This document shows, piece after piece, positions 18,866 through 28,700 of a stretch of 64,000 nt of DNA. The stretch is from Natronoglycomyces albus. GTDB taxonomy: Bacteria > Actinomycetota > Actinomycetes > Mycobacteriales > Micromonosporaceae. Positions within the stretch are counted from its first letter, which is position 1. Each line of letters opens with the position of its first letter. The notes beneath the pieces were generated by a model. It saw only the letters and a list, made by a program, of their open reading frames with translations, searched no databases and was not told where the DNA came from. Location of the stretch: NCBI RefSeq assembly GCF_016925535.1, contig NZ_CP070496.1:3694257-3758256 (forward strand), given 5' to 3'. The position numbers and the translations under genes were made by a program.

Positions 18866-20110
18866 ATGTGGAAGCTCTCAAAACCGCCCCTGGCAACCGA
18901 CCCACCCAGTGGAAGCCAGACTTACGGCTACATCACAACGCAACGACACGAAGAACTCAGGGACCAAGTAAAGGACTTCGCCAAACGAGAAGTACTCCCC
19001 CGCGTCAACGACATGGAGCAAAGCCGCTCCGTCCACCACGAACTATCACGGATGATCGCTCGCCAAGGCTGGATCGGCGTCACCATAGACGAAGAGTACG
19101 GCGGCATGGGCATGGGCCACGTCGCCAAAACCATCATCATCGAAGAACTCTCCAAGGCCAGTGGAGCAATGGGCGCGATGGCGCAAGCCTCGCAATTGGG
19201 CGTAGCCAAGATCATTCACTTTGGCACCAAGAAGCAGAAGAAGCACTGGTTGCCACAGGTCGCCAGCGGTGAGTGTCTGCCCACCATCGCCGTCACCGAA
19301 GGCGAATCCGGGGGCCACGTACTGGGCATGAACTGCACGGCGCAACGCGAAGGAAAGGACTACATACTCAACGGACACAAGGTATTCGTCGGCAACAGCC
19401 ACGTGGGCGATGTACACGGGGTGGTGGCCCGCACCGGCTCCGGGTCCAAGGGACTCACCGCATTCCTCATCGAATCCGACCGCGAAGGCTTCTCGGTGGC
19501 CCCACAACAAACCGCCATGGGCCTGCACGGATTCAGCTTTGGGGAACTACTCTTCGAGAACTGTCGGGTACCGGCGAGCAACGTCCTAGGTTCGGTCGGC
19601 GAAGGTTTGCCAGTGGCATACTCTTCGAGCGTCCTCTACGGACGAGCCAACCTGACAGCTGTCGCCCTCGGTATTCACCAGGCGATACTGGACGAGACGA
19701 CCAAGTACGCGGCCGAGCGCGAGCTATACGGCAAGCCCCTACACGAGCTGCCCACCATCAAAAACAAAATTGGTGACATGCAATCACGGCTCATGACCGC
19801 CCGGTTGGCCGCCTATCACGCCGTTGACCTTTTGGACCGAGGACTGCGATGCGACGCGGAATTGATCAACGCGAAGTTGATCAACGTCGAGTACGCGCTT
19901 GACTCAGCTCGTAACGCCATGGAAATCCACGCCGCTTCCGGCTTGTTCACCGACCGACCGATCGAGCGTTACTTGCGCGACGCGCACCACATCTTCGCCC
20001 CGGCCGGGACCTCAGACATCCAGCGGCTCCGACTCGGAGAGATGGCGCTGGGTCAATCCAAAGGCCAATGGTCAGAGCGATTGGCAGACAAGGTACAGAT
20101 GACACCCTAA
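18866..20110 (+). CDS. acyl-CoA dehydrogenase family protein
   Basis: It is ACAD-like throughout (…AMGAMAQASQLGVAKIIHFGT…, a C-terminal helical domain). The start was set at MWKL. Confidence 0.8.
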   Translation: MWKLSKPPLATDPPSGSQTYGYITTQRHEELRDQVKDFAKREVLPRVNDMEQSRSVHHELSRMIARQGWIGVTIDEEYGGMGMGHVAKTIIIEELSKASGAMGAMAQASQLGVAKIIHFGTKKQKKHWLPQVASGECLPTIAVTEGESGGHVLGMNCTAQREGKDYILNGHKVFVGNSHVGDVHGVVARTGSGSKGLTAFLIESDREGFSVAPQQTAMGLHGFSFGELLFENCRVPASNVLGSVGEGLPVAYSSSVLYGRANLTAVALGIHQAILDETTKYAAERELYGKPLHELPTIKNKIGDMQSRLMTARLAAYHAVDLLDRGLRCDAELINAKLINVEYALDSARNAMEIHAASGLFTDRPIERYLRDAHHIFAPAGTSDIQRLRLGEMALGQSKGQWSERLADKVQMTP

Positions 20111-20493
20111 AAACAAGCACGGTCTCCCTCACCACCAACCGTGCCAGAGGCAACACCAACAAATGCACGGTGCACCGGCCGCTCAGGTAAAGGCCTCACC
20201 GAAAGCCCCCGCTCAACGTTGAGGACCACACCCTTGTGACTGTTCACCCCGTAACCACAATTTCCGCGCTAACAGCGTGACTGGAACCGATCCCCACCCA
20301 GTCCCTCCTCCAAAGGACTTGCCAGGCCAGCCCCTCCCATACGCCCCTCACATCAGCCAAGAACCTCGGCTTCGGCCAGTTCCCTAAGCCTCCACCGGGT
20401 CACCTCACCGAGCCCCCACAGCCCCGACTCTGTCGTTTCCGACAAAGTCGGGGTTCTTCGTCATTCTGATCCTCAACTGAGGTAGCGGGGTAT

Positions 20494-21201
20494 CTAGCGG
20501 CTCTCGTGGGCGCGCGGGTCGGGGTAGCCCGGCTGCGGGTCCTGCTGGTACTGCGCCGGGGCTCCCGCCACAGGCCCACCCTGTTGCGGCGCTGGGGGAG
20601 GCGTGTCGTGCTGAGGCCCTTGCTCTTGCTCACGCTCCCGCTGTTCTTGTTCGCGCTTGTGGATCGTCTCCATAACCTCGGCGGCCATCGCCTTGATCGT
20701 CTCCAGGCCCGGGCGTCCCCACGGTCGCGGCTCCGTGTCCACTACGCACACCGTTCCCAGAGCCTTCCCATTGTGGTCCAGCAGCGGGGCTCCCAGGTAG
20801 GAGCGGATGCCGATCTTGTCGACCACCGGGTTGCCCGCGAAACGCGGATAGTCGCAGACGTCTTCGAGGACCAGCGCCTTCCGGCGCACCACCACATGCG
20901 GGCAGTAACCGTGGTCGCGGTCCATATCGCGACCAACCTCGGGGGAATCAGTCGCATCGGGCGCGGCCGCCGCCGGAGAGTCTTCGTCTGGCACGTGCAG
21001 GCCCGCGAAGTACTGGCGGTCCTCATCGATGAAATTGACCATCGCGTATGGGGCGCCGGTGATCTCGGCCAGCTTCTTAGCGAATTCGTCGAACTTGCCG
21101 TCGGGTTCGTCACCGATGCCCAATTCCCTGAGCCGTTCCACCCGCTCCGGGGCGGCCGGGTCGTGAGGAGTGACGAACATTCTCTCTTCTTCATAGGTCA
21201 T
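20494..21201 (-). CDS. GAF domain-containing protein with a Gln/Pro-rich C-terminus
   Basis: It has a GAF-like core (…YCPHVVVRRKALVLEDV…IRSYLGAPLLD…) and a low-complexity REQEQREREQEQ tail. Confidence 0.7.
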   Translation of the reverse strand: MTYEEERMFVTPHDPAAPERVERLRELGIGDEPDGKFDEFAKKLAEITGAPYAMVNFIDEDRQYFAGLHVPDEDSPAAAAPDATDSPEVGRDMDRDHGYCPHVVVRRKALVLEDVCDYPRFAGNPVVDKIGIRSYLGAPLLDHNGKALGTVCVVDTEPRPWGRPGLETIKAMAAEVMETIHKREQEQREREQEQGPQHDTPPPAPQQGGPVAGAPAQYQQDPQPGYPDPRAHESR

Positions 21202-21304
21202 TGCAGGCTCCAGTCTGTATAGCGAAAGGCGGGCTCGGGTAAGCGACTCAACTCAGCTCGGATGTTCCCGAGCCCGGCTCAAGGCTGCGTTCATGGGTGT
21301 TGCC

Positions 21305-22015
21305 TCAGCCACCGCTCTTGGTCGACAACAGGTGTTTGGTCAGGTCAACCAGCACAGACGTGGCAGAGCGCGGGTCCCGGGCGTCACACAGCACCACTGG
21401 TACATGCGGCTTCAGATCCAGCGCGGAGCGCACCTCGTCAGGGTCGTACTGGTAGGAGTTATCGAACTCATTGACGGCCACAATGAATCTGGTATTGCGC
21501 CGTTCAAAGAAGTCCAGCGCCGAGAAACAATCTTCTAGCCGTCGCGTGTCGGCGAGTACGACCGCACCCACCGCACCGTCAGACAGTTCGTTCCACATAA
21601 ACCAGAATCGGTCTTGGCCAGGGGTCCCGAACAGGTACAGCACATGCTGGGCGTCCAGCGTGATGCGTCCGAAGTCCAAAGCCACGGTCGTGGTGTCCTT
21701 GTCGCCGACTCCCGTGAGGTCGTCGGTGCCAATACTGGCCGAGGTGAGAACTTCCTCAGTGCTGAGTGGCTCGATCTCGCTCACTGAGGTGACGAACGTG
21801 GTTTTACCCACCCCGAACCCTCCGGCGACCAAGAGCTTGATCGCGGTGGGCAAGGTTTGTGTCTCCGGTGCGGGAGGGGGTGCGACTCCGGGCGAGGCCG
21901 CTTGGCCGGGCGCGAAGGCCCGGGGAACTCCGGCGGAAGGTACAGCCGCAGCGGCCGTTCCCGCTTCGGGCGCAGCGCCAGCGGTCAAGGGTTCAGAGTC
22001 GCCGTTGTAGGCCAT
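21305..22015 (-). CDS. cvnD: conservon ATP/GTP-binding protein (CvnD-like small GTPase)
   Basis: It has P-loop GGFGVGKTTF and a GTPase DxxG region. The start was set at MAYNGD (22015), overlapping the cvnC end. Confidence 0.8.
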   Translation of the reverse strand: MAYNGDSEPLTAGAAPEAGTAAAAVPSAGVPRAFAPGQAASPGVAPPPAPETQTLPTAIKLLVAGGFGVGKTTFVTSVSEIEPLSTEEVLTSASIGTDDLTGVGDKDTTTVALDFGRITLDAQHVLYLFGTPGQDRFWFMWNELSDGAVGAVVLADTRRLEDCFSALDFFERRNTRFIVAVNEFDNSYQYDPDEVRSALDLKPHVPVVLCDARDPRSATSVLVDLTKHLLSTKSGG

Positions 22016-22364
22016 TGAGGAGAGCCTCCAGAAGGGATCGGTCGGTCGGATCGGCGAGGGGGTCCGGGGCTTGCGATGTAATTGCGCCACACTCAACCAG
22101 GTCAGACAACAAGACTTTGATGACCGCGGCGGGTAGGCGCATATGGGCAGACATCTCGGCGACGGATATGGGGTCGCAACAGAGGGATAGGACCTCAGCA
22201 TGCTCGGAATCCAGACGAGAGAACGGAACTGTCCCGGTGGTACACACCATGGACAGTAGATCCAACCGGGCAGTGGGAGCGGTACGTCCCTTACTCACGG
22301 TATAGGGGCGTACCAAACGTCCAGCGTCCTCGTCGAGCAACAGATCATCGTCGAGTTCACGCAT
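21993..22364 (-). CDS. cvnC: conservon DUF742 protein (CvnC-like)
   Basis: The sequence RLVRPYTVSKGRTAPT…LSDLVECGAI is typical of DUF742. Confidence 0.8.
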   Translation of the reverse strand: MRELDDDLLLDEDAGRLVRPYTVSKGRTAPTARLDLLSMVCTTGTVPFSRLDSEHAEVLSLCCDPISVAEMSAHMRLPAAVIKVLLSDLVECGAITSQAPDPLADPTDRSLLEALLNGLQRRL

Positions 22365-22366
22365 GA

Positions 22367-22801
22367 TTAACCAGCCGCCACACCCGTATTCGGCGACGGT
22401 CGGCGCATAGGTGTCGTGAGATAGGGCCGCGCGCTCTTGACCAGGAGGGACATCTCATATCCCAGGACCCCGGCATCGGCTTCACGGTCGGCCACGACCG
22501 CGAGGACGGCCCCGGAACCGGCGGCGGATACGAACAGAATCTTGTCGTCGAGCTCGGCGACAACTTGACGAACGCCAGAACCAGATCCGAAGTGGACTCC
22601 GGCCGAACGAGCCAGTGAGAACAGGCCCGAAGCGATTGCCGACAGGTGATCAGCCCGGTCGTTATCAAGGCCATGGAAGGACTTCTTAAGCCCATCCGAG
22701 GACAGCAGCAACGCGCTGCAGGTGTGCGGAACTCGTTCGACCAGATTCGACAACAACCATCCAAGGTCGGATGGCTGGCCCTGTGACTCTTCGCTCAACA
22801 T
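22367..22801 (-). CDS. cvnB: roadblock/LC7 domain protein (CvnB-like)
   Basis: The sequence LLSNLVERVPHTCSALLLSSDGL…ILFVSAAGSGAVLAVVAD is typical of the Robl/LC7 family. Confidence 0.85.
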   Translation of the reverse strand: MLSEESQGQPSDLGWLLSNLVERVPHTCSALLLSSDGLKKSFHGLDNDRADHLSAIASGLFSLARSAGVHFGSGSGVRQVVAELDDKILFVSAAGSGAVLAVVADREADAGVLGYEMSLLVKSARPYLTTPMRRPSPNTGVAAG

Positions 22802-22952
22802 GTGGTCAGCCTCTTTCTAATAAGGAGGATCGTAGGGTGTCGCTCCGGCTGACCGAGGTTTCTCTCGGCCAGCCCTCGCATAGGTCGGGCGATCCGTGGA
22901 GACAGCCGTGCGCGAGCTACTGCCCACAGTGGTGCCGCCTCCGCGATTCACC

Positions 22953-25106
22953 TCAGCCTCCAGGGAGTTCGCTACGGGGATCAGGGTCGTCCGTGAGGGA
23001 ATCGGCCCGGTTAACGCCCTGCTGGAAGGACATCATCAGGTTTGGGTTGTGGTCGGAGTCGGCATCGGTCACCGACTGCGGCGCGTCGCGCAGCTGCGGC
23101 GCCAGGTGGGTTTGAGCTCGCCGCTGGGGAAGCTGGGGACGATTCTCCGAGGGCTGCCGGTTGGGCTGAGGCGCGGACAGTGAGGGCCAACTGTCGGTCG
23201 CGGTCTGGCTTTCGCGCCGGTCGTACGGGCCCGCCGGTGGCGTGAGAGGCGCCGGGGCGGCCGGTGGCACCGAGGGCGGGGCCGAATTGTACGGGTCACC
23301 GCCAGCCGCACCGGAGTTGTACGGAGCGGGGCTGGAATAGCGCTGTTCGGAGTCGGCCCGCACATCGGGGACGATATTCGGCTGATGACCGGTCCCAGCT
23401 GAGGGGGCCGCACGCTGAGCGTGACGCCCACTTGACATTTCCTCGAAACGCTCATTGGCTTGCCAGCCGTAGTCAACCGGCGGTTCGGAGACAGGCGGCG
23501 CAGAGGTGGGCCGCGCATTGGCCTGCCCAGCACCCGAGTCGAGCACCGGTGCCCCGTTGTGTGACGAACCGTTCAACGACCGTGGCCCGCCGAAAGCCTG
23601 ACTCATGTGCGCTGAGGCACTGCGGTCGGCTCCAGCGCTCACCAAGGGGAACTGGGCGGTGTCGTCGGGCCGATTCGCGACCACGGGCATAGCCGAAGTG
23701 TTCTCCAACGGCCGTTCGCCTACCGGAGGTTTGCCTCCGCCGGGAATCGGACGCTTTGGAAACTGGGTGGGCTGTTCGCTCTGACGTGGCGGCGCGTTGA
23801 GGCGCTTGGGCTCCCGCTTTTCCTCTTCCTCGCCCATCAGGTTCGACGACAACACGATCACCGCTTGGGTGCCGCCGAAGATGTTGGTCTGCAACTGGAC
23901 GGCCAAGTCGTGGCGACGGGCTAGGGCGGCGACCACATACAGGCCAATGCGGCCATCATTGAGAAGTTCATCGATGCTGACCCCGTCCGGGTCGGCCAGC
24001 ATGGCGTTGATCTGATCCAGCTGATCCTGTGGCATCCCCAGACCACGGTCTTCAACCTCGATGGCCAAACCAGCGGTGACTCGCTGCGCGCGCAACATGA
24101 CTTGCGTGTTGGGGGCGGAGAACGCGGTGGCATTTTCGACTAGCTCGGCGACGAGGTGGATGACGTCGGCCACCGCGTGGCCCTTGAGGGTGCCCTCGAC
24201 GGGACGGACCATCTTGACGCGCGCGTAATGTTCCACCTCTGCCACAGCCGAACGCAAGATCTCGTACACGTTCACCGGCCGCGACCACTGACGGCGCGAG
24301 ACCGCGCCGCCCAAGACGGCGAGGTTCTCGGCGTGGCGGCGGATGCGGGTGGCAAGGTGGTCGACCGCGAACAAACCCTTGAGCAGGTCTGGGTCCTCCA
24401 CTTGCGCTTCCAGCTCATCTAGCAGCTGAATTTCACGGTGTACCAAGGATTGCAGGCGGCGGGCCAGGTTGACGAAGACTCCGACGCGCTGGTCTCCATC
24501 CTGGACCACTGGCGGTGACGGTTCTAGGAAGTTGTCCTCCTCCAGCGAGGCCACACCTGCGGCAATCGCCGCCGCGCAGTGTCGCAGGTGTTCGATATCG
24601 CGCGATAGCCGCTCGAAGTCTCTGCCGCCGGAGGGGAAGGCCTCACTATTGGGGACCGGCATCGCCGGCAGCGCCACCTTCGGGTGTTGCTGGCGCATCT
24701 GCTCGCCCAAGTGCCACAGTTCAAGGTGGGTTTGGGTGGTGGAGCGGCGCAGGGCCGCGATGGTCTGACGCACCGACGTCGCGGCCTTGAGCGCGTTGTT
24801 GGCCGCCAGGAACGTGATGACGCCTGCGATCAGTAGCGCTGCCAGGAGTACCAACGCAGTCAGCTCGCCTGTGAGGCCAAATGCGTCCTGCTGCATGAAG
24901 ATCACAACGGCCGCGCCTATGACCGTCATGGAGGCCGCTGGAACGATTGCTGTCCACAAGAGATTCTTTTTCAACCCGTCAAGCGGGTGAACATGGCCGG
25001 TCGCCTCGCCTGTCGGCGGCTCACCTTGCCACGTTGCTTGGTGTGCGGTGGGGGGAATATCAGACATCAGCATCCTCGGCCTATAGGCCAATCGACGACA
25101 CAGCAC
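22953..25106 (-). CDS. cvnA: conservon sensor histidine-kinase-like ATPase (CvnA-like) with TM N-terminus and a long Pro-rich C-terminal region
   Basis: It has N-terminal TM helices, a HAMP-like region and an HATPase_c domain (…VEDRGLGMPQDQLDQINAMLADPDG…). Its position upstream of cvnB-D fits the conservon arrangement. The start is uncertain. Confidence 0.8.
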   Translation of the reverse strand: MLCRRLAYRPRMLMSDIPPTAHQATWQGEPPTGEATGHVHPLDGLKKNLLWTAIVPAASMTVIGAAVVIFMQQDAFGLTGELTALVLLAALLIAGVITFLAANNALKAATSVRQTIAALRRSTTQTHLELWHLGEQMRQQHPKVALPAMPVPNSEAFPSGGRDFERLSRDIEHLRHCAAAIAAGVASLEEDNFLEPSPPVVQDGDQRVGVFVNLARRLQSLVHREIQLLDELEAQVEDPDLLKGLFAVDHLATRIRRHAENLAVLGGAVSRRQWSRPVNVYEILRSAVAEVEHYARVKMVRPVEGTLKGHAVADVIHLVAELVENATAFSAPNTQVMLRAQRVTAGLAIEVEDRGLGMPQDQLDQINAMLADPDGVSIDELLNDGRIGLYVVAALARRHDLAVQLQTNIFGGTQAVIVLSSNLMGEEEEKREPKRLNAPPRQSEQPTQFPKRPIPGGGKPPVGERPLENTSAMPVVANRPDDTAQFPLVSAGADRSASAHMSQAFGGPRSLNGSSHNGAPVLDSGAGQANARPTSAPPVSEPPVDYGWQANERFEEMSSGRHAQRAAPSAGTGHQPNIVPDVRADSEQRYSSPAPYNSGAAGGDPYNSAPPSVPPAAPAPLTPPAGPYDRRESQTATDSWPSLSAPQPNRQPSENRPQLPQRRAQTHLAPQLRDAPQSVTDADSDHNPNLMMSFQQGVNRADSLTDDPDPRSELPGG

Positions 25107-25638
25107 AAAACGTTATCGATACGTCCACGCAGGTGACCGTAAACAGGCACAATCGGCCCACCAACGCCTCAAGCGGGATAATATCAGCAATCTTAGTAAA
25201 ACTAACGTTCCATCCCGAGCCAAGGTTACGGGCAAAAATGAATTTAACTCGGCTGGTTCCCCTTCGGCCCCAAAGTCTTCCGTCCTACTTCGCAGTAGTC
25301 GAGTAGACTGAGATCAGAACCACAGTCCGAGGTGCGGAAAAAGCAGAGGAAACCGGTTGCCCCACCACGGAGTCGTGCCGCCGAGTCTTCGCCGCCCCAC
25401 TCTCGGCCACAGCAGCGCATTAGTCATTTCTCCAACTTTTTAGCCCACGATGCGCATTCACGCAACCCCCATTCGCCAACATGCCTGGTGAATCGCGCTG
25501 TCAATCATCGGACAGTAACCCGGCGATGTCCGCACATGTCGAGGCGGGCCACAGCCACTGAAGAAGAGCGGAAAGACACTCTCCACGCCGCCTTAGCCAA
25601 TTACCATTCGGCCCCGAGGCGGCAAAGAGACGAAAACA

Positions 25639-25684
25639 CCGATCGGGGAAGTGGTCGCGGTAATGCGACCACTTCCCCGATCGG
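25639..25684 (-). terminator. rho-independent terminator with a perfect 20-bp stem (CCGATCGGGGAAGTGGTCGC-ggtaat-GCGACCACTTCCCCGATCGG)
   Basis: Read directly. It lies 50 bp downstream of the 1671-aa gene stop. On the minus-strand transcript it is followed by GGUGUUUUCGUCUCUUU. Confidence 0.6.
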
Positions 25685-25733
25685 TATTCGAATAACAATC
25701 TAAAGAGTACTGTCCATTCAAAACAATGGCGCG

Positions 25734-28700
25734 TTATTCGCCGCTTCCCACCTGCGGAAGAGCCCGAGCGACCGCTGCCGAGGCAGTAGCCTCACTACCC
25801 AAACTAGAATCCCGACGACCGTCCAAACTCGACGCGATATCGGCCACGCGATCGGTCAGCAGACCCAATGCCCCCACGGCCCTGGCCATCGGGTCATCGT
25901 CGGAACCTCCCAGAGCCGCGTTGCGAAGGTAGGACTGCTTAACGTCAGCCCATCGCGCCGCTTGCTCCTCGGTGAGACGACCGCGCAACTGCGCCAGCTT
26001 CAACAAATTCGCCTCCGCGCCCGCTGCCAGTGACTGTGCCTCCCCCACATAGTGATCGTCGATGACGGCTTCGAGTTCTTCATCGTTCATGACCGGCACG
26101 ACGCGCTCAGCCAAACGCCCCATGTTGCGGTAGGACCCCTGGAGCAAGAACGGCGGTTCCACTCGCGCCGAGTCGTCGGTGGCCGCCGAGGAGATATAGG
26201 CCTGGTTGACCGCCAGCACGGTCTTTTGAATGTGTAGCAGCTTGCGCAACACCGATGTGATCTGATCCAGTTCCCCAGCCGAGTACGGATGTGACAACTG
26301 CTCGGGGTTGGCCGTGGGGTCTGCTTGCGCAAGCCGCACCAACAGCCGCACGTCATTGCGGTCACGGCCAGCCAGGGGCGCGAGCACTGGGTTCGACGTC
26401 AACGAGTTCTCGATATAGGACAGGGCGAAGACCTCTTCGCGGCCCGACAGCACATCGCCCAGGTTCCACGTGTCGGCCCGGTTGGCCAACATGTCGGGAA
26501 TACGGAAGCGCTGGCCCGCCTCGGTGTAGGGGTTACCGGCCATGCAGACGGCAAAACGCTTGCCGCGCAGGTCATAGGTGCGGGTGCGCCCCTGCCACAC
26601 GCCTTCCATGCGCCGCTGCCCGTCGCATAGAGAGATGAATTTCTGAAGCAGCTCCGCGTTGGTGTGCTGGATGTCGTCCAGATACAGCAGCACGTTATTG
26701 CCGCATTCGAGCGCGAAGTTGATTTTCTCCACTTCCTGGCGAGCCGTGGCGTTGGGCGCGTCGTCGGGGTCGACCGAGACCGTGTCATAGCCCAGCGACG
26801 GCCCGTTGATCTTCACCAGCAACATGCCCAATCGGGCCGCCACATACTCCATGAGCGTGGTCTTTCCATAACCCGGAGGTGAAATGAGCATGAGCATTCC
26901 GGATTGATCGGTGCGCCGGGAGTCTCCGGCTCCACCGATTTGTTTGGTGAGGTTGGAGCCGATGAGCGGCAGATAGACCTCGTCAATGAGCTGGTTGCGC
27001 ACGAAGCCGCTCATGACGCGCGGGTGGTATTCCTCCACCCGCAGCGCCCGCCGTTGTTTGGCGACCAGTTGACCGCGCAGCTCATGGTAGCGGCGGAATC
27101 CAGGCACGGTATGGCGGCGGAAGTGCCCGGTGCGGGCCAAAAACTCGTCGAGGCGAATGGCCACTGTGCGGTCACTGATGCGCGGATGCGTGCCCAGCAG
27201 GCCAGTGACCTCGCCGGTCAGGTCTGAGGCGATGTCGTAGCCGTTTTCGTCGGTCAAGAGCAAGGCGATGGCCTCAGGCAGGTCCTGTTCGTCAAAGTCC
27301 TCCTTGTCGGCGTGCTGAGAGAGGAAGGACTGCAACCACACCTCCGCCAGCGTCCACTGTGAACTAAGATCGCCTTGGATGGCCTGTAGGTCATCGGCCA
27401 GCGCGGTGCGCGACGCCGAGCCGATGTGGCGATGGAAGGCGGCGACAAGATCGGTGGCGCGGGCGGAGGTGGCGAAACCCTCATCGTCGGCGGCCAGCTC
27501 CTCGGCCAGGTATTCCCCGGCCAGGTCCGCGTCCACGTCGATGGGGAGCCGGACCTGGTCGGCCCAGGTGGCGAAACGACGCCCCAGCGTTGCCTGAAGC
27601 TGGGCGAGCGCATCGGTGCGGCCGAAGAGTTCGCGTACCCGGCCCAGTGACTTCGCTTGGGTAGCAAACGCGGCGGCCTCCTCGGCGGGCAAGTCGAAAG
27701 CCCACCACAGGCGAACGGCGGCGCGTTCGCCGGCGCGGTAGCGCAGCATCCCGGCGGCCGCGTAGAGGTGGATGAGCTGTTCGAGGATCAGGGCCGCGTC
27801 GGTGTCGTGGACGCCGCGTTCATAGCCTTCGTCGTAGCGTTGAGAAGCCGCCTCGGACACGATGTGGTTGAGGTTTTCCTCGGCCAGCAACGAGCGGGCT
27901 CCGCGTTCGGTCAGTAGCGACGCGGCCAGGTGTTCGGCGCGGTAGACGGTCGCGTTTTCGCTGGGGAGGGTTTGGGCCCAGAATTCGGCTGTGGCGTTGA
28001 ATTCCTCATCGTCTACCCGTTGGCGAAAGTCCGTCCCCGTCAAGGAGAAAGCCAGCGCCTCGCCTTGGGGCACCAGTGTGAGGTCGAGTGGCTGCGAGTT
28101 GACCGGTAGCGCGTACTCGCCGAAGCGAATCGAGTCGCCGTCATAGAGGTCCAGTTGGTCTTGGAGGGCCCGTCCGGCCTCTTGCCGAGCCGCGGCGATG
28201 CGGCCTTCGATCTCCTCGGCCCGCACGACGTCGTCCAGGTCGCGCAGTTCACCGGCGACCCGACGCAGCCGGTCGACCATGGGGTCAGTCGCGAAATAGG
28301 TGTTGACCTCGTCGAGCGAGGACAGGTTGGAGACGCGCCGGGAGACGGCCTCCAAGATGCGGTCGGCCGAGCCAGCCAGGTTCTCGGCCCGGCGGGCGGC
28401 CTCGTCGAGCAAGTTTTGTTTACGGGAGGAGAACGCCTCATAGATGTCGGAGCGTTTCTCATCCAGTTGGGTGAGGAAGTCATCGAAGTCGGCGAACCGA
28501 GTCTCCAAGTTCTCCACAGTGAGCATGAGGCGGCCCAGCTGTTCATCACAAGTCGCCGGAGTGTCGGCGGCCGCTAGCGCGGCGGTGATGGCCTGGCCCA
28601 GCAGCCCGTATTCGGCGGCGAACTCGGCGCGTCCCTCGGCTGAGGCCAGTTCGCGGCGACGGGCTTGGAGGCCGGCTCGGGTGCGGTTGACCGAGGCGAG

